DNA of 64,000 nt from Lytechinus pictus (lineage: Eukaryota): assembly GCF_037042905.1 (NCBI RefSeq), contig NC_087251.1:11968001-12032000 (forward strand). The letters are read 5' to 3'. Under the pieces are notes generated by a model. It was not told where the DNA came from and ran no database searches. It saw nothing but the letters and a program-made list of their open reading frames with translations. A program made the translations under genes and the position numbers. This document shows positions 57,430 to 64,000 of this stretch, in pieces (positions within the stretch are counted from its first letter, which is position 1; every line of letters starts with the position of its first letter).

Positions 57430-58863
57430 CAGGGCTCGATTTTAGCGGGAGCCCGGTGGCAAAAGGCTCCCTAAAACCTCTGCGGGCTCCTTAGAAAGTA
57501 ATTGAAAAAGCCCGGTGGGCTCCCTAAGATTTTCTAGTACCAGCCACCAAAAAAGCAATTTCTTACCAGCACACTAATCCACGCTTTATAAGTCTAAATT
57601 ATGTTTTCAAAATCATAAAAAACCTTGAAAATAGCGAAAATAGCGAGTTTCAAATTGCTTAGCTGCGTCTTTTTTTCTGTACCACGTTTTTCCACACACA
57701 TGGTACCTATGGAAAAAAGAATCGGGCTACACCGGTGCGAGAAACAGTTGCATGTACAGGGGTCCATTATCATTTACGCCGTGTGTAATTTTCATTGCAC
57801 ACATTTCCCTTAGAGATATCACGATTCTGTGTCATGTAGACTTCGGCTCTGCTTGTCAAAAGGGCGCCTATTAACATCCAAAACAACTTACCTCGGTAGT
57901 GAATTATTCCTGAAAAATCATTTGTTTCATTTTTTCAAGGGAGGGGGTAAATATCAGACAGTAAATCATCAAACATGGCAACATCTGATTTTAGGAGGAC
58001 GCCGGATTTTACTCACGCTCGCACTGACACTTGTGCAAGTCGGAGCTCTCTCTCTCTGCCTGAGCTCTGGGGGACAATTCGGTCAGTAAAGGCCTCAATG
58101 ATGGTGATTTTCTGTTTCAGATAGAGTTTACATTTCAGGTTTTTTTTTTAAACTACCAATAAAGTTGGATGGTTTCTTCATTGTGATATATATTTAAGTT
58201 ATTGATGAATACTTTTTCACCGAATTTAGACTCCCCCATAGAAAAATGCAATTTTCGTGGAGATCTGCGTTTTCAAAGAACTGCAAGAAAAGTTAGGGTA
58301 TACATGCATGTACATGTAACATGTGCCTACATGTGACATACTTAGCCTGTGTGGTTTTTGTTTTTGTACTGATATAAACACAATATTTGGAGTAGAAATT
58401 AGATGAATTAATTTCTTTAACATATACATGTATATCCAAGTCCACCGCACAGTCACACCCACACAAACACACACCAACCCACATCCATGATTCAGCATGA
58501 AAAAAAATCAATTTTGTTTATGTATTTAATTTATTTCCTTTTTTTAATTTTTTTTTTTTTTTTTGAGGGGGGGGGGCCATTAAAAATGAAAAAAAAAGTC
58601 ATTGACTTATGTGTTTGTGACCGGTGTCTAAGTGTGTCGGGGTGTCAAAATCTGATTTACCCTGAATAAATACAACTGGTGCTGATGATTATTAAACAAA
58701 AAACGTATCGTGATGGTGTGCTTTAATATTTTAATAGGTAATGACCAGTATTATGCAAAAAAAAGGGATAAACTTGGGCTCCTTAAAACCCATGCGGGCT
58801 CCCTAAAAAAGTGCTTGAGGAGCCCGGCTGGCTCCCTAAGAAAAAAGTAAAGGTCAGGCCCTG
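57430..58863. mobile_element. hAT-like non-autonomous element with 5-bp TSD
   Basis: CAGGGC...GCCCTG ends, TAAAT on both sides, subterminal GGGCTCCCTAA motifs at both ends. Confidence 0.7.
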
Positions 58864-59095
58864 TAAATCTCCACAAAAACTTAGTCTGTGAAGTTAGGTC
58901 ATACTTTTTCAGAACAGTTTTCCAGCACAGTGCGCATTCGTCAATCGGAATAGAATTTTGAGATTGCGATACCGACGAGGCCCCTTGACCTACTTCACAT
59001 TTTCGTCAATGATTTTATAGTTTACGATCTTGCCGTCAATGCCCGGGGGGCCACTTCCATTGACGAGTGGATACCATGCGCAACCAGGTTACAGC

Positions 59096-59221
59096 CCGAT
59101 AGACCGCGGGTCCGATAGCCCGCGGGTCCGATAGACCGCGGGTCCGATAGTCCGCGGGTCCGATAGACCGCGGGTCCGATAGTCCGCGGGTCCGATAGAC
59201 CGCGGGTCCGATAGCCCGCGG
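59096..59221. repeat. 16-bp minisatellite CCGATAG(A/C/T)CCGCGGGT x8
   Basis: Eight near-identical units. Confidence 0.95.
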
Positions 59222-59718
59222 TGTGTGTAAAATTATGGTCAGGATATAGTGAGATCCAATGCCATCAAGAGGTCAAAAGGCCAATGATACGAGTCCATTG
59301 GGGTTCTATAACGATGACCCAAAGGACAATCGCCCCCTGATATCTACTTCAAGGAAAATATTATCCCCATATTTTATTGTCAGGGACTGTTACCCCCCCC
59401 CCCCCCCCCGGAAATTTACCCTCTAGACGCCATACGGAGCCATCGACTTGACGACATGGCGAGATACTTTATCTTTCCATGTCGACTAAATAATGGCGCG
59501 ATACGTTATCCTGCCAAGTCAGTCCACTTATAAAAAGTTATATGTCAACATGGCGAGATATTTTATCTTGCCAAGTCGACTTAAATAAGTTACATGTCAA
59601 CATAGCGATATATCGGGATTCTCGCAGGGACTTGTACACTTTATATCTCGCCATGTGGACATATCGACTTGACAAGATAGAATATATCGCTATGTCGAAA
59701 TACTAAGCGTATTAATTA

Positions 59719-60044
59719 CTTAGGCGGCGGAAGCGGGGGAGGGGGGACCTTTCCTCCTAAATTTGAGGTGGGGGACGGTCCCCCCTAGATTTTTAGTTGA
59801 GAACCTTTTTTTTACTTGTCAATTTGTTTTCTACGTCCCCCCCCCTAAATTGAGGTGGACCCCCCCTAAAATCTTTTTGTCCCCCTAATTTTGGTTATAA
59901 CCTTTTTTTTCTTGTCAAAAAATTTTCAAAATTGGTGGTCCTTCCTATAAATTTTGGTTGATTTGCTTGTCAATTTTTTTACCTGTGTCCATCCCAAAAT
60001 TTCAGGTGGACCACCCTAAATATTTTTGCCTTCCGCCGCCAATG
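59719..60044. mobile_element. hAT-like MITE nested within two further inverted-repeat elements (~59327-60240)
   Basis: TIR CTTAGGCGGCGGAAG...CTTCCGCCGCCAATG, 8-bp TSD ATTAATTA. Confidence 0.75.
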
Positions 60045-63000
60045 ATTAATTAAGACATGGCAAGATAAAGTACCACGCCATGTCGTCACGTTAATGGCAT
60101 TTTCAAGGCTCCATACTAGGGGTAATTATCCGGGGTAATTATCTGGAGGGTAAATTTCCGGGGGGGGGGGGGGGGGGGTATCAGTCCCCGCCAGTAAAAA
60201 TATGGGGAGAATATTTTCCTTGAAGTAGTTGTCAGGGGGTGCGCGGATCCAGGATTTCGTGAGGAGGGAGGGGGGGGGCAAATTTGACCTGATTTTTGGC
60301 GCCCATATGTGTACTTTTCGAAAAATGGCGCCCACTCCCTCCCGGCCAGGCTAACTAAAGTGCCTTAAATGGATTTTGAATTATCTTATAATCACATTAA
60401 AACAAAACCAAAGACCACTTTTTCATGTGTTCTTGAAAAAAAAATCCATTAATATATAATGTAATATCAATGGGAGCGCAAAGCACGAGCGATTTTTTTT
60501 TTTTTTTTTTTTTTTTTTGGGGGGGGGTTCAATTTGGTTTAACTTCTAGCCAGAGTAGGCCCTACTAGAATATTCTGTGAACGGGAGCTGTAGTTTCTGT
60601 ACTGTTGTGTTAGAATACCCTTCAATAATATTAATGATAACCTCTTGGGAATAATGCAATCTCGAAGCAATCGACTAATTCTCCTCATCAGTGGCGTATT
60701 TATTCAGCATGGGTGCACGGGGGGGGGGGGGGGGTGGGTGGCGAGGGCACCAAGTTAAAAAAAAATAAATGAAATGAGGGGGGGGTAGACGTCAAAGAAA
60801 ATCTGATATTTCATTCTTAAAAACAAATTGAGGTATCTCACAAGGCCTAAATAAATAATGAGAACGCGAAGGGGTTGTCCCAGTGCCGTATAAATGAGCC
60901 AACAATTTCGTGGGGGCTCGATATGGTGTATCGCATAAAATTAATAAGAAGTTGCCAGTGAGCGAAGCGAGCAAGCAAATATGCTGACATTTTTATTACA
61001 AAAATACAAGGTTGTGATAGATTTTGACATAATATTTGGAAAATAATATTATATTTCACCCTAATCCCTTTCCTTTTCTCTCTATTTTTTCTTAGTCTTG
61101 ATTCTCTCTTTTTTTTTTTGGGGGGGGGGCAAAACACCCATGTCCTAACAGTCATTTCCTAGCTTTACTTTATAAGCAACATAAATGTGTAATAATCTCT
61201 TAAGCCCTATGTAATCTAAAAATGAAATTTCATGTATTTTGTCCTGAAAATTGAACATTTTGGGCAATGTTTGTGAACCTGAACAGCGTATGTAACTAGA
61301 TGATTACCACGAGCGCGAAGCCGAGCAGAAATGTTAAATATTCGTTCTGGCCTGGTCGAAAAGGGACATGTTAAGGATGTTTTGCAGTTAGCCATTAAGA
61401 CGATACATATTTCAACGATTAAATAATGCGAGCGCGAAGCGCGAGCTGATCTTTTTTGATATTCCAACCTAAAAAGATGAGATTTCAAATCCCGCAATGG
61501 GACATTCGATTCATGTTTGTCAATCATGAAAAAGGATGGGTAATTTTTGGTATCTTCCTACAATAATAATGCGAGCGCAAAGCGCGAGCAAATTTTTTTT
61601 GATATTCTGATTCGAAACTGGATAATTTTAGCACGTTTTGAATAAGATCAAGCTTTGTATCCTAAAAACATGCGTGCGCGTGTTTTAGAGTTAGACAGAA
61701 TCCTGGCAATCTGAATACATTTCATTTTTCATCATAAAAATCAATAATGCGAGCGCAGAGCCCGAGCTGAAAATAATATTTGAAATTCCGATATGAAAAG
61801 GGTCAATTTAAGCACTGTTTACAGCACTGTGTATATAGGGAAATTTGATAGCACTATATAAATAATGCGAGCGCGAAGCGCGAGCTGATATTTTATTATT
61901 GATTTGACCTAGGATCGAGACATTTTAGGCCTAAGGACATTTTGTCATCATATAAGAATGATGACTATCTTCTCTTTCTTTTCCTAAAACTTGTTGATAT
62001 TTATTTCTGAAAAAGGGACAATTTAGTTATAATGAATTTATACAAATTTTATTTCATATTTATTAATCTGTTATAAAGCCTAATGAGTGTGTGAAATTTG
62101 TTGACAGTGCATGAGGCCTAAAAACTGGATATTTTAAGTATTTTTGTAATCATGAATGGGATTCATTAATTGGTTGATATATTTTTAGCAAATAATGCGA
62201 GCGCAAATCGCGATCCGGAATTTTTTAATGGGGGGATTTAAGTAGTTTGTTATAAAATTAATATATAGGTATACATAACTCACCAATCAAAATGCGAGCG
62301 CACAGCGCTAGCTCATAGGCCTTTATTATTTTTTTTACAATCGAGACACCTGAAAAGGTATATTTAGAGAATCTTATATGAAATATAAAAAGACAATACG
62401 TAGGCCTACTTGGCATATAGTGCGAGCGCACAAAATGTTGCAAATGTTGATTCAAACCATAAAACGGACATTTTCCAGAGCACTTAAAACATAAATTGGT
62501 AAATAAAACAAAATAATGAAAGATCGATGTCCGAGCTGAATTATGTTTTGTATATTGATATCAAAACTTGATATTTTAAACTACATATCAGCCTATTGAG
62601 CAAGATATGTATCTCATCGAACAGGCAATGTGAGCGCGATGTGGAGCGAAACTTTAATATAGTGACATCAAATATTTTTTAAAATTGTTTTCCAAGTCTT
62701 CTTCTGACCTTATTTTATTCACTCGTCTTCCACCTTTTATGTTTCGTCTTCTTTTTTCTCCTTTCTTTCCCCTTTTTTTTCTTCCCCCGTTTTTCACAAT
62801 TTATTTGCTCTGTCAACAGGGGGGAGGTTGCCCTCGGGCCGCCTATGTTAGTAGTTGTTATGATGAACACGATGCATATCTATTAAGAAATGAATGCGAC
62901 CGCGAAGCGCTAGCTGAAAACTTTTATAATGATGAAATGAAAAATACATTTTCAGTTGTCAGGTTAGAATATCAAATATTTTCAGCTTGTGCTTCTCGTT

Positions 63001-63779
63001 CGCATAAAAAACTGTAAGGTCGGGATGCGTATAATTATAACTAAACAATTTATTGATGCCAGTGCGAAGCGCGAGCTCAATTTTGTATATACTGACTTAA
63101 GAGGGACTAAGGTAGAATTCCTATTCTAATTGCTTGTCCTTTTCTCTTCCTTTTTTCTGTTTCTTACCCCTTTTTGCGCCACCATGGGGGGGGGGGGGCA
63201 AAATCTTTGCCCCCTGGATCGACCTATGTATGTTGACTTGAAAAACACTAAAACTTACATGTGGGATTGAAGCAGAGGATACATACCTCATTAATCAAAT
63301 ATTGCGAGCGCGTAGCGCGAGCTGAATTTGATAATAACCCTTTTTTGTGACCCTGAACAGGGTATCTATCTCGCTAAACAGACTTGAAACTCGAAAACAT
63401 TTTTTTTTTCTGTTATCGTAAAAACGGGATATTTTAATTCAGCCACATTAATTGAAGTTTTTTGGCAGGACATATATTTCACTATAAACAGGCAATGTTG
63501 CGTCCCCGGTCGAAAATGAATTTGCATGAAGCCCTCTAAGTTCAAGGTCAATTTGGCGCCCTCGGTTGAACATAAACTTGGCGCCCCCATGTGAAATATA
63601 ACTTTGCCCTCCCTCCCCTCTCTGAAACATGTATTTGTCGCATTATGGTCAAAATTCAAATTAGCGCTCCCCTAGTTCGAACATCAATTTGGTGCCCCGC
63701 TAGATCGAACATCAATTCGGCGCCCCATAGTTCGAACGTCATTTTGGCGCCACCAAATCAACGTCCAGGTCAACATCTC

Positions 63780-64000
63780 CCTCTTCCGTTTACCATCTCC
63801 TTTTCTTTCTTTTTTCTTTCTTTTATCCTCATTCCCCTTCCTTCCTTTCTCTTTCTTTCTCTCTTTCTTCCCCCCTCTTCTTTTCCCCCCTTTCTTCTCT
63901 TTCCCCATCTTTTCTTTCCCCCTTTTCTTCTCTTTTTGCTGTCTTTTCTTTCCCTCTTTTCCTCTCTCTTTTCTTGTTTTTCCTCTCTTCCCACTTACTC
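63780..64000. repeat. Pyrimidine-rich (CT) low-complexity tract
   Basis: Directly visible; generates spurious K/R/E-rich ORFs. Confidence 0.9.

Noticed and set aside
57975..58081. Plus-strand AAACATGG...G|GTCAGT candidate first exon of a divergent gene (MATSDFRR...)
   Set aside because: Lies inside a TSD-bounded hAT-like element; no recognisable protein similarity and no downstream exons seen
59096..59221. CRISPR-like appearance of short repeats (also 60950-63330)
   Set aside because: No unique spacers, no cas genes, eukaryotic context
63684..63994. K/R/E/G-rich ORFs
   Set aside because: Low-complexity CT tract

Overview
AT-rich animal genomic DNA; the repeat families resemble those of sea urchins or other marine deuterostomes (inference). 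About 53.6 kb of the window is one minus-strand gene, exportin-5 (XPO5). I reconstructed 22 exons by eye (about 850 codons, frame-consistent splice phases); the ATG exon was not found and the 3' end runs off the window. The last visible intron (342->20) is a complete U12-type AT-AC minor-spliceosome intron. The largest intron (15.4 kb) holds an antisense, single-exon ORF for a type I membrane protein with atypical Ig-like domains. The introns are packed with mobile elements: an intact Gypsy (Mag/SURL-like) LTR retrotransposon with identical LTRs and non-canonical catalytic motifs, nested in two DNA-transposon derivatives; three CR1/L2-group LINEs; hAT-like, Kolobok-like and Tc1/mariner MITEs; Helentron-type (HINE) repeat carriers; SINE remnants; and a 60-bp insertion that folds as a minimal hammerhead ribozyme. 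There are no prokaryotic features or CRISPR arrays. All family assignments come from motifs read by eye, not from database searches.
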